Shown here: positions 1-9,353 of the stretch, piece by piece
Layout of the letters: each line of letters begins with the position of its first letter
How positions within the stretch are numbered: position 1 is the first letter of the stretch
NCBI RefSeq assembly: GCF_043950625.1
Contig: NZ_CP171007.1
Strand: one strand, 5' to 3'
Length of the DNA: 32,000 nucleotides
From: Alkanindiges sp. WGS2144
Lineage (GTDB): Bacteria > Pseudomonadota > Gammaproteobacteria > Pseudomonadales > Moraxellaceae
Program-made: the position numbers and the translations under genes
The notes under the pieces: model-generated
What the model saw: only the letters and a program-made list of their open reading frames with translations
Databases searched by the model: none
Told to the model about the DNA's origin: nothing

Positions 1-450
1 TATGCGCTGGGTACTGGCTTTGGCACGGGTCTGGCACCTAAAGCGCCGGGTACAGTTTCCTCGGCAGCGGTTTTATTACTGGTGCCGTTGTGGGTGTGGC
101 TGGGGTTTTATAGCAGTCTGGGGCTTATCGTGCTGATGAGTATTGTTGGCATCTGGATTTGTGGCCGTACGGCACAGATGATGCAGGTACATGACGACTC
201 ACGCATTGTATGGGATGAATTTGCCGGGCAAAGCATTGCCTTATTGCCTTTGCTATTGCTTGATCAGGTGAGCTGGCTGGGCGTGCTGCTGGCATTTGTT
301 GTATTTCGTTTATTCGATGTCTGGAAACCCTGGCCAATTCGCTTGGCGGATTACCATATTCATGGCGGTTTTGGTATTATGCTCGACGATATTTTGGCAG
401 GATTGATGGCTGCTGTAGTGATATATGCAGGTTTTATCGTTGCCCTTTAA
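1..450 (+). CDS. pgpA: Phosphatidylglycerophosphatase A, 5'-partial (start lies upstream of the window)
   Basis: Frame 1 is open from base 1 (YALGTGFGTGLAPKAPGTVSSAAVLLLVPLW...) and runs into track ORF 82..450. It has the G-x-G..P-KAPGT motif, hydrophobic segments and a C-terminal MLDDILAG, all typical of PgpA. It sits directly upstream of glmU-glmS. Confidence 0.85.
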   Translation, partial: YALGTGFGTGLAPKAPGTVSSAAVLLLVPLWVWLGFYSSLGLIVLMSIVGIWICGRTAQMMQVHDDSRIVWDEFAGQSIALLPLLLLDQVSWLGVLLAFVVFRLFDVWKPWPIRLADYHIHGGFGIMLDDILAGLMAAVVIYAGFIVAL

Positions 451-477
451 TTAATTTCCCATAAGGTCTAAATAAGC

Positions 478-1833
478 GTGACATTATCTGTAATTATTCT
501 GGCTGCTGGTAAGGGCACCCGCATGAATTCGCGGTTGCCAAAAGTATTGCAGCCGCTGGCCGGAAAGCCCTTACTGGGTCACGTGCTTGAACAGGCTGCC
601 CACTTGCAGGCTGAGCGCATTATTGCAGTGATTGGTCATGGCAGTGAGCAGGTTAAGGCAGCTTTTGCTGACCAGCCAGTGCAATGGGTGGAGCAAACCG
701 AGCAGTTAGGCACTGGTCATGCGGTACAGGTGACTTTGCCAGTATTGCCTGCTACAGGGCAGAGCCTGATTTTGTATGGTGATGTGCCGCTGATACGTGC
801 TGAAACCCTGCAACAGTTACAGGCTGCTGCCAGCTCCGGTATTGCCATGATGACTTTAACGGTGGATAACCCAACAGGCTATGGCCGGATTGTGCGGGAC
901 AGTGGCAAGATTCAGCGCATTGTGGAGCATAAGGATGCCACTGAACAACAGCGCCAGATTAATGAAGTCAACACCGGCATTTACTGCGTGGACAACGCCT
1001 GCCTGCATCGCTGGTTACCCAAACTTTCTAATAATAATGCCCAGGGTGAATATTATCTGACTGATATTGTTGAAATGGCGGTGGCAGATGGGCTGGATAT
1101 TGGTAGTGTGCAGCCGGAATTTGACTTTGAAGTAGAAGGTGTCAATGATCGCCTGCAGCTGGCAAATCTTGAGCGTCGTTATCAGGTGCATCAGGCAGAG
1201 CAGTTGCTAAAGGCAGGGGTGACCCTGGCTGACCCGGCACGTTTTGATCTGCGCGGATGCTTAAGCACTGGCCAGGATGTACGCATTGATGTCAATGTCA
1301 TTATAGAAGGCGATTGCCATTTGGGTGATGGCGTGCACATTGGTGCAGGCTGCGTGTTGAAAAATGTCAGGATTGGCGCGGATACCATAATTTTGCCGTA
1401 CAGTATTCTGGATACTGTGACGGTAGGGGCAGAGGCGCATGTTGGCCCATTTGCCCGCTTGCGACCAGGTACCTTACTTGCCAATCAGGTGCATGTGGGC
1501 AATTTTGTGGAAATTAAAAACTCACAGGTCGGCACTGGTAGCAAAGCCAACCATCTGGCCTATATTGGTGATGCTGTGATTGGTTCAGGGAGCAATATTG
1601 GCGCAGGCACTATTACCTGTAACTATGATGGTGCCAATAAGCACAAAACCATTATTGGCGATCAGGCTTTTATTGGTTCCAATTCATCTCTGGTGGCACC
1701 GGTAAGCATTGGTCATGGTGCAACTGTAGGCGCAGGTTCCGTGGTGACCAAAGAAGTCCCACAAGGAACATTAGCCGTTGCGCGTGGTCAACAGCGTCAT
1801 ATTGAAAATTATCAGCGTCCTGTTAAAAAATAA
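478..1833 (+). CDS. glmU: Bifunctional UDP-N-acetylglucosamine diphosphorylase / glucosamine-1-phosphate N-acetyltransferase
   Basis: 451 aa with a GTG start. N-terminal [12 protein letters not shown] nucleotidyltransferase motif and a C-terminal run of hexapeptide (left-handed beta-helix) repeats (IGADTII, VGNFVEI, IGDAVIG, IGAGTIT...). glmS follows 11 bp later. Confidence 0.97.
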   Translation: MTLSVIILAAGKGTRMNSRLPKVLQPLAGKPLLGHVLEQAAHLQAERIIAVIGHGSEQVKAAFADQPVQWVEQTEQLGTGHAVQVTLPVLPATGQSLILYGDVPLIRAETLQQLQAAASSGIAMMTLTVDNPTGYGRIVRDSGKIQRIVEHKDATEQQRQINEVNTGIYCVDNACLHRWLPKLSNNNAQGEYYLTDIVEMAVADGLDIGSVQPEFDFEVEGVNDRLQLANLERRYQVHQAEQLLKAGVTLADPARFDLRGCLSTGQDVRIDVNVIIEGDCHLGDGVHIGAGCVLKNVRIGADTIILPYSILDTVTVGAEAHVGPFARLRPGTLLANQVHVGNFVEIKNSQVGTGSKANHLAYIGDAVIGSGSNIGAGTITCNYDGANKHKTIIGDQAFIGSNSSLVAPVSIGHGATVGAGSVVTKEVPQGTLAVARGQQRHIENYQRPVKK

Positions 1834-1844
1834 GAGAAATTGCT

Positions 1845-3683
1845 ATGTGCGGTATTGTTGGTGGAATTGCAGAGCGCCATCTGGCGGCGGTATTAATTGA
1901 AGGCTTAAAAAAACTGGAGTATCGTGGCTATGATTCTGCTGGGCTGGCTTTGCTGGATCAAGGTAGGATTAGCCGTGCCCGTGAAGCTGGTAAAGTGGCG
2001 CTGCTTGAGGCTAGCGTAAAACAGGCTGGAGTTGATGGCCGGATTGGTATTGCACATACCCGCTGGGCCACACATGGTAAGCCAACGCAGGATAATGCCC
2101 ATCCGCATATGTCCGGTACAGTAGCCGTAGTACATAACGGCATTATTGAAAATTATCAGGAGCTTAAAGCTGAGCTGGAGCAGGCTGGCTATGAGTTTTT
2201 GTCACAAACTGATAGTGAAGTCGTGGCTCATCTGGTACATCAGGCGCTAAAACAACAACAAGACCTGTTTAAGGCCGTGCAGTCCATTGTACCGCGTTTG
2301 CATGGCGCGTATGCACTAGGCATTATTGATGCCCATACCCCTGATGAATTAATTGCCGTACGTCAGGGCTCACCGCTGGTGATTGGCCTTGGTATTGGCG
2401 AGAACTTTATTGGCTCCGACCAGCTGGCACTACTACCAGTGACTAATCGCTTTATCTATCTGGAAGAAGGCGATCTGGTACGCCTGACCCGGGAACAGGT
2501 TGAAATTTACCATCAGGGTGAACGGGTTGAGCGTGCGGTGAACGAGCTGGACGCGACCATTACCAGTAGCGATAAAGGTGGCTTTAAGCACTATATGCTC
2601 AAGGAAATTTATGAGCAGCCTGATGCAATCCAGCACACCATTTCGGTGGGGCTGGAAGATGATGCGATAAAAGCTGAATTTCTGGCCAACGGTAATGACA
2701 TGCTCACCAAGATTGAGCATGTGCAGATCATTGCCTGCGGTACCAGCTACCATGCTGGCATGATTGCCAAATACTGGTGCGAGCAATTGATAGACCTGCC
2801 CTGTCAGGTTGAAATTGCCAGTGAGTTTCGCTACCGCACGCCGGTAATTTTGAACAATACCCTGTTTGTGTGTATTTCCCAGTCTGGTGAAACCGCCGAT
2901 ACCCTGGCGGCGTTGCGTGATATTCAAAAACGTGCAGCCGCCCTGCAAAAAAATATTGTCACACTGGCACTGTGTAATGTGGCAACTTCATCCCTGGTGC
3001 GTGAAACCAACCTGCATTTGCTGACTCAGGCCGGGCCAGAAATTGGGGTGGCCTCAACCAAGGCCTTTACTACTCAGCTGGCCGCACTGCTGATGCTGGT
3101 ATTAAAACTGGGCAAGCTTAAAGGCTCACTGAATGGCGCACAGGAACAGGAAATTATTACTGCGCTGTGGCATACACCGGCCATCATTAATCAGTGCCTG
3201 GCGCTGGATAAGGACATTGAGGCTATGTCGCGCCTGTTTATGGAAAAGCACCATACCTTGTTTTTAGGTCGTGGCACGCAGTATCCGATTGCACTGGAAG
3301 GGGCATTAAAGCTAAAGGAAATCTCCTATATTCATGCCGAAGGCTATGCTGCTGGTGAATTAAAACATGGTCCGCTGGCACTGGTAGATAATGACATGCC
3401 GGTGGTGATTCTGGCGGCGCATGACCCTATGCTGGACAAGCTTAAATCCAACATGCAGGAGGTGCAGGCGCGTGGTGGTGAGCTGTTTGTCTTTGCTGAT
3501 GCCCAAAGCGGGATTAACAGCGGCGAGCGGCAGCATGTGGTGCATATTCCATCAGCAAATGCCTGGATTGCGCCGATTGTGTACAGCGTGCCAGTACAGT
3601 TATTATCCTATCATGTGGCGGTGCTGCGTGGCACTGATGTGGATCAGCCGCGTAATTTGGCCAAGAGTGTGACGGTGGAATAA
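1845..3683 (+). CDS. glmS: Glutamine--fructose-6-phosphate aminotransferase (isomerizing)
   Basis: 612 aa. MCGIVG N-terminal Cys nucleophile, HTRWATHG motif, two SIS domains (CGTSYHAG, SQSGETADT) and the canonical C-terminus DQPRNLAKSVTVE. Confidence 0.98.
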   Translation: MCGIVGGIAERHLAAVLIEGLKKLEYRGYDSAGLALLDQGRISRAREAGKVALLEASVKQAGVDGRIGIAHTRWATHGKPTQDNAHPHMSGTVAVVHNGIIENYQELKAELEQAGYEFLSQTDSEVVAHLVHQALKQQQDLFKAVQSIVPRLHGAYALGIIDAHTPDELIAVRQGSPLVIGLGIGENFIGSDQLALLPVTNRFIYLEEGDLVRLTREQVEIYHQGERVERAVNELDATITSSDKGGFKHYMLKEIYEQPDAIQHTISVGLEDDAIKAEFLANGNDMLTKIEHVQIIACGTSYHAGMIAKYWCEQLIDLPCQVEIASEFRYRTPVILNNTLFVCISQSGETADTLAALRDIQKRAAALQKNIVTLALCNVATSSLVRETNLHLLTQAGPEIGVASTKAFTTQLAALLMLVLKLGKLKGSLNGAQEQEIITALWHTPAIINQCLALDKDIEAMSRLFMEKHHTLFLGRGTQYPIALEGALKLKEISYIHAEGYAAGELKHGPLALVDNDMPVVILAAHDPMLDKLKSNMQEVQARGGELFVFADAQSGINSGERQHVVHIPSANAWIAPIVYSVPVQLLSYHVAVLRGTDVDQPRNLAKSVTVE

Positions 3684-3759
3684 GCGTTTGTTCTAGAATT
3701 AAAAAACTTGTGTTTAGACAATATAGTTTTAAACTGAACATTAAAGTTGTAAACCAAAT

Positions 3760-3798
3760 AAACCCAGCTATACTGATTAAAAAGTAGGCTGGGTTTTT
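3760..3798 (+). terminator. Rho-independent terminator downstream of glmS
   Basis: AAACCCAGC (3760-3768) pairs perfectly with GCTGGGTTT (3788-3796). An inner TACT/AGTA pairing extends the stem, and the structure runs into a T5 tract (3794-3798). It starts 77 bp after the glmS stop. Confidence 0.7.
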
Positions 3799-3909
3799 CT
3801 ATGAGTAGCGTACTAAGTCTCTTTACATAAGAATCAGTGAGCAAAAGAATAAAAAATGGTCGTGGACAAGGTATGGGAGAGACTGTTCAAACTGCATCTC
3901 TTATTGTAT

Positions 3910-4827
3910 TTAAGAATAATACAAGCGCCTTAATTTTGAAAATTTATCCAGCTGTTTTAAAAAACCTTCAAAATAATCTTTCTGTTTTTCTTCAGTGCGA
4001 TAGCCTGCATATAGCGTCCGACGCAAGCCCTGTGGGGAAACACAATCCAAACGGCGCGAGGTAACCCAGCCTTTTTGCTCATATTCATTCACCACCCAGT
4101 CAGGCAATGCGGCAATACCACGCCCACTGGCAACCAGTTGAATGAGCATCTGGGTTAAATCGGTAGTCCGAATGGCTTTGGGCTGAATATTGGCAGGAAT
4201 AAATAATTCCAACATAATGTCTAAACGGTGTTTATCCACGGGATAAGTGACCAGGGTTTCTTCTGCCAATTCCTGTACCGTAATGTCTTTTGCGCGTGCA
4301 AGCGGATGTGTACTTGATAAAACTAGTCGTGATTCATATTCAAATACTGGAAAATATTCTATACCTTTTAATGCAATGGGATCAGCCGTAATTAGTAAAT
4401 CAAACTCGCCTGTTTGCAGCAGCTCATGGGGATTTGCCTCAAAACCAGAAGCAAAATCCAGGTCTACATCTGGATATTGCTGGCGGTACTGATTCAACAA
4501 AGGCATGAGCCAGTCAAAACAGCTATGACATTCCGAGGAAAACACAATCCGGCCGGTTTGGCCGTGCACGATCCGGGTAATATCACTTTGCGCTATTTGA
4601 ACTTGGGGCAAGATTTCATCCGCAAGTTTTAGCAGGCGTTGCCCAACATTTGAAAAACTCACTGGGCGCGTTTTACGATTGACTACTTCTACACCAAACC
4701 ACTGGTCTAATTCCCGCAATTGATGGGATAAAGCCGAAGGCGTTAAACATAAATCACTGGCGGCTGAAACCAGAGAACCATGCTCTCTTAAGGCAATTAA
4801 AGTTTTTAAATGTCGAAGTTCAAGCAT
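3910..4827 (-). CDS. metR: LysR-family transcriptional regulator, MetR-like
   Basis: 305 aa. The N-terminal wHTH (LELRHLKTLIALREHGSLVSAASDLCLTPSALSHQLRELDQWFG) closely parallels E. coli MetR ([39 protein letters not shown]). It sits at the end of a same-strand methionine-synthase cluster. Confidence 0.85.
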   Translation of the reverse strand: MLELRHLKTLIALREHGSLVSAASDLCLTPSALSHQLRELDQWFGVEVVNRKTRPVSFSNVGQRLLKLADEILPQVQIAQSDITRIVHGQTGRIVFSSECHSCFDWLMPLLNQYRQQYPDVDLDFASGFEANPHELLQTGEFDLLITADPIALKGIEYFPVFEYESRLVLSSTHPLARAKDITVQELAEETLVTYPVDKHRLDIMLELFIPANIQPKAIRTTDLTQMLIQLVASGRGIAALPDWVVNEYEQKGWVTSRRLDCVSPQGLRRTLYAGYRTEEKQKDYFEGFLKQLDKFSKLRRLYYS

Positions 4828-4963
4828 GGTTTATATTCCAAAAATGCATTTCATTTTCGCCCTAGCATAACTGACGCTTTTGAAAATAAAATAAGTCTTA
4901 CTCAGCTTTTAAAAGAAGTGGCTCCAGCTGGTGTGGCTGCCTTTTAGCACCATTTCAAGAACT

Positions 4964-5764
4964 TCATACAAAGCCTTTAAAAATAAAGTAGCAGCCAATG
5001 GCAGTTAGTAAAGCTGCAAAACATTTTTTTAACATGGCTGGTGATAGTGCATGTGCGGCTTTTGCGCCTAATTTGGCGGTAAAAAAGCTCATGACACTGA
5101 TGCCAATAAATGCATAAATATGAACGTAGCCAATGCTGTTGGAGATCAAAACCTTGTCCTGTACCCCAAAAAACATAAAGCCCAGCGCACCAGCGAGTGC
5201 AATGGGTAAACCACACGCTGCCGAGGTGCCCACTGCTTTTTGCATGACCACACCATGATGATTCAGATACGGTACGGTTAAACTGCCGCCGCCAATGCCA
5301 AAAATGGCTGATGCAACACCGATTATCCCGCCTGCCGCTACCTGTTTGGGCATGGATGGCAGCGTTTTACTTTGATCGACCACCTTTTTTGCGCCAACAA
5401 ACATGGTATAGGCCACCCAGATGGCAAATATACCGATAATTAATTGCAACCTGGCGCCAGATAATAATCCCGCAACACCTGCTCCTAAAAAGGCACCCAC
5501 CACTAACCCTGGTGCTAAATTTTTAAATACTGACCAGATGACGCCACCCTTTTTATGATGCGCCATGAGTGAGCTGATAGAGGTAACAATAATGGTTGCT
5601 AACGATGTCCCCAGTGCCAGATGCATCACCACGTCAGGATCATAGCCCATCTGGGTGAACACCACATATAAAAGCGGCACAATGATCAGGCCACCACCGA
5701 CTCCAAACAGACCCGCAGCAAATCCTGCCAGTGCACCAATTGCTAAAAAAATGATTAATTCCAC
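4964..5764 (-). CDS. TSUP / TauE-SafE family (DUF81) integral membrane permease
   Basis: 266 aa with a GTG start and about 8 hydrophobic helices. It carries the duplicated family signature G.GGG..(I/T)VP (FGVGGGLIIVPLL near the N-terminus, FGIGGGSLTVPYL in the second half). Confidence 0.85.
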   Translation of the reverse strand: MELIIFLAIGALAGFAAGLFGVGGGLIIVPLLYVVFTQMGYDPDVVMHLALGTSLATIIVTSISSLMAHHKKGGVIWSVFKNLAPGLVVGAFLGAGVAGLLSGARLQLIIGIFAIWVAYTMFVGAKKVVDQSKTLPSMPKQVAAGGIIGVASAIFGIGGGSLTVPYLNHHGVVMQKAVGTSAACGLPIALAGALGFMFFGVQDKVLISNSIGYVHIYAFIGISVMSFFTAKLGAKAAHALSPAMLKKCFAALLTAIGCYFIFKGFV

Positions 5765-5835
5765 GATAATGAAGAGTTCCAGAATAGTTTGCTAAAGTAT
5801 TTTGGGTTGAATAGACAGTTCAATAAAAGTCAGGT

Positions 5836-6339
5836 TTAAGCGTTTTCCGCCTGTTCCACCGCATGGCCCACGTGATGATAGCCGCGCTTAAAATAAACCA
5901 AACTTTGATCTTGGTTACTGTGCTGAATAGCAACAATCGGGCAAATAAAAATAGTGTGCGTGCCAACTTGCTGAATTTGCTCAATTTGACAGTCAAAACT
6001 GACCAGCGCATCCTGCAAAACCGGGGCGCCAGTTGTTAATTGTGTCCAAACGCCATGTTGAAAGCGTTCTTCCGGGCTCAGTCTGGATGAAAATACATTG
6101 GAAATATGCTGATGCTGTGCGGCTAACACATTGACGGATAAAATTTTATTTTCGATAAAATGGCCATGAGAACTAGACGCTTGATTCATACAAACCAGTA
6201 ATGTGGGCGGTGTATCAGTGACGCTGCACACCGCAGAGGCAGTAAATCCATAACGGCCAGACACGCCTGCCGTGGTCACCACACTGACTGCACTTGTTAG
6301 CAAAGACATTGCATTTCTAAAGTCTGTTGCTTCAACCAT
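5836..6339 (-). CDS. Flavin reductase domain protein (NAD(P)H:flavin oxidoreductase, HpaC/RutF-like)
   Basis: 167 aa. The start FRNAMSLLTSAVSVVTT...GFTASAVCSVTDTPPTLLVC matches the Flavin_Reduct domain signature. An AGGAA RBS lies 7 nt upstream of the ATG at 6339. Confidence 0.85.
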   Translation of the reverse strand: MVEATDFRNAMSLLTSAVSVVTTAGVSGRYGFTASAVCSVTDTPPTLLVCMNQASSSHGHFIENKILSVNVLAAQHQHISNVFSSRLSPEERFQHGVWTQLTTGAPVLQDALVSFDCQIEQIQQVGTHTIFICPIVAIQHSNQDQSLVYFKRGYHHVGHAVEQAENA

Positions 6340-6477
6340 CGCGTTGTTCCTAAATTAATCAGTTGCTTTGCCTTTAGATTTAGAGATCATGCGCGATTGG
6401 GTACAGGCACACCCTCTAAATAGGTTCCAAGTCAGACCAGAACAGCTAACCCGTGCCCATCACGCCATTGCTGCGGA

Positions 6478-7506
6478 CTAGGCGTTAAGTTCTTTGCGAA
6501 CGATTGCCGCGCCTGCACTTAAAGCCTTAAGTTTACCTCGGGCAACCTGACGCGATAAAGGAGCCATACCACAATTGGTACAAGGATAAAGCTTATCGGC
6601 ATCCACAAATTGCAGTGCCTTACGCAACGTATTGGCTACTTCCTCTGGGGTCTCAATCGTATTGCTGGCCACGTCAATGGCGCCCACCATCACTTTTTTA
6701 CCCCGGATCAGTTCAATCAGATCCATGGGCACATGCGAGTTGTGGCATTCGAGCGAAATAATGTCTACCTTGGATTTTTGCAACTTGGGGAAGGCCTCTT
6801 CGTATTGCCGCCACTCTGAACCCAGAGATTTTTTCCAGTCGGTATTGGCTTTAATGCCATAGCCATAACAAATATGTACCGCAGTTTCGCATTTTAAGCC
6901 TTCAAGTGCTCGCTCAAGGGTAGCAACGCCCCAGTCATTCACTTCATCAAAAAACACATTAAAGGCAGGCTCATCAAACTGGATGATATTAACCCCGGCA
7001 GCTTCTAGTTCTCTGGCTTCTTCATTTAAAATTTTGGCAAATTCCCAGGCCAGTTTTTCCCGGCTTTTGTAGTGGGCATCGTACAAGGTATCGATCATGG
7101 TCATTGGGCCGGGCAGTGCCCATTTGATCGGCTGGTCGGTGAGCGAGCGTAAAAACCGGGCGTCTTCAACAAACACTGGCTTTTGGCGACTGACCGCACC
7201 CACTACCGTCGGCACACTGGCCTCATAGCGATTGCGAATTTTGACGGTCTCGCGTTTTTTAAAGTCAACGCCATCAAGGTGTTCAATAAAGGTGGTGACA
7301 AAATGCTGGCGGGTTTGCTCGCCATCGCTGACAATATCAATCCCAGCGTGAAGTTGTTCGTGCAACGCCAAGCGTAACGCATCCTGTTTGCCTTCAATAA
7401 GCTGGTCACCCTGTAGTTTCCAGGGCGACCACAGTTTTTCAGGCTCGGCCAGCCAGGAGGGTTTAGGCAAGCTGCCAGAAGTCGACGTGGGGAGTAGTAT
7501 TTTCAT
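6478..7506 (-). CDS. mesD: Core-MetE (catalytic-domain-only) cobalamin-independent methionine synthase, MesD-type
   Basis: 342 aa from the ATG at 7506 (MKILLPTSTSGSLPKPSWLAEPE...). The track ORF starts 6 codons earlier at 7524 without a better RBS. It has only the C-terminal-half MetE fold, with Zn-ligand-type motifs AVHICYGY and YPCTNCGMAP. It lacks the roughly 380-aa N-terminal folate-binding half of full-length MetE. It lies immediately downstream of a DUF1852 gene. Confidence 0.85.
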   Translation of the reverse strand: MKILLPTSTSGSLPKPSWLAEPEKLWSPWKLQGDQLIEGKQDALRLALHEQLHAGIDIVSDGEQTRQHFVTTFIEHLDGVDFKKRETVKIRNRYEASVPTVVGAVSRQKPVFVEDARFLRSLTDQPIKWALPGPMTMIDTLYDAHYKSREKLAWEFAKILNEEARELEAAGVNIIQFDEPAFNVFFDEVNDWGVATLERALEGLKCETAVHICYGYGIKANTDWKKSLGSEWRQYEEAFPKLQKSKVDIISLECHNSHVPMDLIELIRGKKVMVGAIDVASNTIETPEEVANTLRKALQFVDADKLYPCTNCGMAPLSRQVARGKLKALSAGAAIVRKELNA

Positions 7507-7598
7507 TAAAAAGCGGCTCATCATCTATAAATTGGTTAATTAAGCCACTGAGCATTTTAGGCAAAGTGGCTTTAGGGAGTTCAATTCACTGTTTAACG

Positions 7599-8582
7599 CT
7601 AGGCCGCGAAATTCTTTGCCCATTGTTCAAGAGTGGCCTGGTGTGGTTTGATAAAGTGTTCTTCAACAAACTTTCCTTGCTCAATTGCCAGCCGGCTACG
7701 TTCTTCCCGATCATAAACAATGCGGGTGAGCGAATAATCCTGATGCTTTAAGCTGGGTTGATAGGATTTTCCTGCCACAGCGTTTGCATTGTAAATTTCA
7801 GGCCGGTAAATTCTTTGAAAGCTTTCCATGGTGCTGATGGTGCTAATCAGCTCAAGATTGCTGTAATCACTCAGCAAATCACCGGAAAAATAAAACGCCA
7901 GTGGTGCCACAGCATTGGCAGGCATGAAATAACGCACCTTTAGACCCATTTTTGCAAAATATTCATCGGTTAAAGAATATTCATCCTGCTGGTATTCAAT
8001 ACCTAACACAGGATGCCAATTGGTGGTGCGCTGATAGGTCTTGGTGTTGGAAACGCTAAGGCAAATCACTGGCGGTTTGTTAAAATTTTGTTTGTAAGTG
8101 ATTGAATTAATAAAGCTCTTGAATAGCTTGCCATGCAACTCGCCAAAGCCGTCTGGCGTGCTAAATTTGGGCTGGTTTTTATTATGTTCCAGCAGTAACA
8201 CGCTAAAATCATAATCCCGTACGTAAGAAGAAAAATTATTGCCGACAATACCCGCAATGCGCCGATTGGTCTGGTGATCGACAATCGTGGTTTTTAATAT
8301 TTCAATTAAGGGCAGGCCTTTGGTACTGCTTTGATCGTTCACCTCCATCTCAACGGAAATGATGTCAAGTTCCACAGAATAACGATCGCCTTTTGGATTG
8401 TCCCAGTGCGCCAAGTCATTAAAACGGTAATCAATCATCCTTAGGGTATTGCGCAGGTTCTCCTGGCGGCTCTCGCCTCTGGCCAAGTTGGCAAAGTTGG
8501 TGGTAATACGCGTATTGTCTGATGGACGATAGTGTTCATCAAAACGAATACTCTTAATCGTAAACGCAAACTCTTGATTCAT
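7599..8582 (-). CDS. mesX: DUF1852 protein (MesX, partner of MesD-type methionine synthase)
   Basis: 327 aa. The N-terminus FTIKSIRFDEHYRPSDNTRITTNFANLARGE is what I recognise as the DUF1852 family. It occupies the conserved position directly upstream of the short MetE-like gene. Confidence 0.8.
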   Translation of the reverse strand: MNQEFAFTIKSIRFDEHYRPSDNTRITTNFANLARGESRQENLRNTLRMIDYRFNDLAHWDNPKGDRYSVELDIISVEMEVNDQSSTKGLPLIEILKTTIVDHQTNRRIAGIVGNNFSSYVRDYDFSVLLLEHNKNQPKFSTPDGFGELHGKLFKSFINSITYKQNFNKPPVICLSVSNTKTYQRTTNWHPVLGIEYQQDEYSLTDEYFAKMGLKVRYFMPANAVAPLAFYFSGDLLSDYSNLELISTISTMESFQRIYRPEIYNANAVAGKSYQPSLKHQDYSLTRIVYDREERSRLAIEQGKFVEEHFIKPHQATLEQWAKNFAA

Positions 8583-8687
8583 GGTGATCTGCTACCCTAA
8601 TTTCCGAGATAAAACCTGAATTTCTGTATAGAGATATTTATACCTGAATCATGACATGAATAAAAATGATTTTATCTAACCACAAAG

Positions 8688-8700
8688 TGAATAAAATTCA
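8688..8700. promoter_or_regulatory. Putative MetR operator (TGAA-N5-TTCA) upstream of mesX
   Basis: TGAATAAAATTCA at 8688-8700 is an exact match to the palindromic MetR consensus TGAA-N5-TTCA. It is centred about 112 bp upstream of the mesX ATG. A half-matching copy, TGAATAAAAATGA, lies at 8657-8669, 31 bp away. Confidence 0.5.
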
Positions 8701-8838
8701 TTGTTGAAGTTTTTATCGTGTGAGCAATGGGCGTGATCACATCAGAATTGGTGTGAAGGTTTATTGAAATGCAATGGATGGCGAAACTTAAGCTTCGGTT
8801 GCCAGAGACCAGTATTTTCCAGCAGCTGGTTGCCCTGC

Positions 8839-9234
8839 TTAGTCCAGCCGATTGGCAATATGTTCTAAAATGGCACAATCTGCCTGTTCATCACCAGAGC
8901 AGGCATTGGCTGAGGCCTGCAACATGTCAACCATGTCCTGCAAGCGGGAAATTTTTTGCTTAAGCGCTGCAATGTGCCCAAGTGCCAGGGTTTTTACCTC
9001 GGCACTATGACGGTTGGTATTTTTCCACAAGCCTACCAGCTCTTTCATTTGCTCGGAGGAAAATCCAAGTTCCCGCGCATGCTTTAAAAACTGTAGGGTT
9101 TTGAGATCCTGCGCTGAATACAGACGGTAGCCAGCTGCCGAACGGTGAGCCGGTTCAATCAGGCCAATTTCTTCATAATAGCGAATCATTTTGGCTGAGA
9201 TACCTGATAGTTTGGCTGCCTGACCGATATTCAT
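8839..9234 (-). CDS. cueR: Cu(I)-responsive MerR-family transcriptional regulator
   Basis: 131 aa. N-terminal MerR HTH (MNIGQAAKLSGISAKMIRYYEEIGLI) and the C-terminal metal loop CSGDEQADC (Cys-x7-Cys) characteristic of CueR. It lies directly downstream of copA on the same strand. Confidence 0.92.
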   Translation of the reverse strand: MNIGQAAKLSGISAKMIRYYEEIGLIEPAHRSAAGYRLYSAQDLKTLQFLKHARELGFSSEQMKELVGLWKNTNRHSAEVKTLALGHIAALKQKISRLQDMVDMLQASANACSGDEQADCAILEHIANRLD

Positions 9235-9353
9235 GCCATACCTCTGCGTGGTGATGGTTTAAGATCATAAAAAACCATCTTAAACCAAAACCCGGACTCA
9301 AGCATCAGCCACCATCAGGCAGTTGTGTTATGAAATAGTGCGCTCGGTCAACC

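Noticed and set aside
82-450. ORF-track start of the first gene at 82.
   Set aside because: The same frame is open back to base 1 and encodes conserved PgpA N-terminal sequence. The gene is therefore 5'-truncated by the window and does not begin at 82.
2433-2948. Nested or opposite-strand ORFs inside well-supported genes. Examples are 2433-2948(-) in glmS, 1191-1484(-) in glmU, 23064-23786(-) in rsmB, 14579-15073(+) in the SDR gene, 13035-13490(-) across the FKBP genes, 10872-11240(+) and 11419-11796(+) in copA, and 12550-12876(+).
   Set aside because: Each lies wholly within a gene whose frame carries diagnostic motifs. Their products are low-complexity or Cys/Arg/His-rich with no motifs. 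They are typical shadow ORFs.
3684-3909. Possible Tn7-like element or genomic island at the attTn7 site downstream of glmS.
   Set aside because: Only 226 bp separate the glmS stop from the convergent metR stop. This spacer holds a terminator hairpin and has no transposon-end-like repeats or tns genes. The site appears unoccupied.
8583-8838. Cobalamin or SAM riboswitch upstream of the MetE-like cluster.
   Set aside because: The 256-bp spacer is AT-rich, also has to hold the cueR 3' end region, and shows none of the conserved GC-rich helices or the B12-box that I would recognise. This cannot be formally excluded without a covariance-model (Rfam/Infernal) scan.
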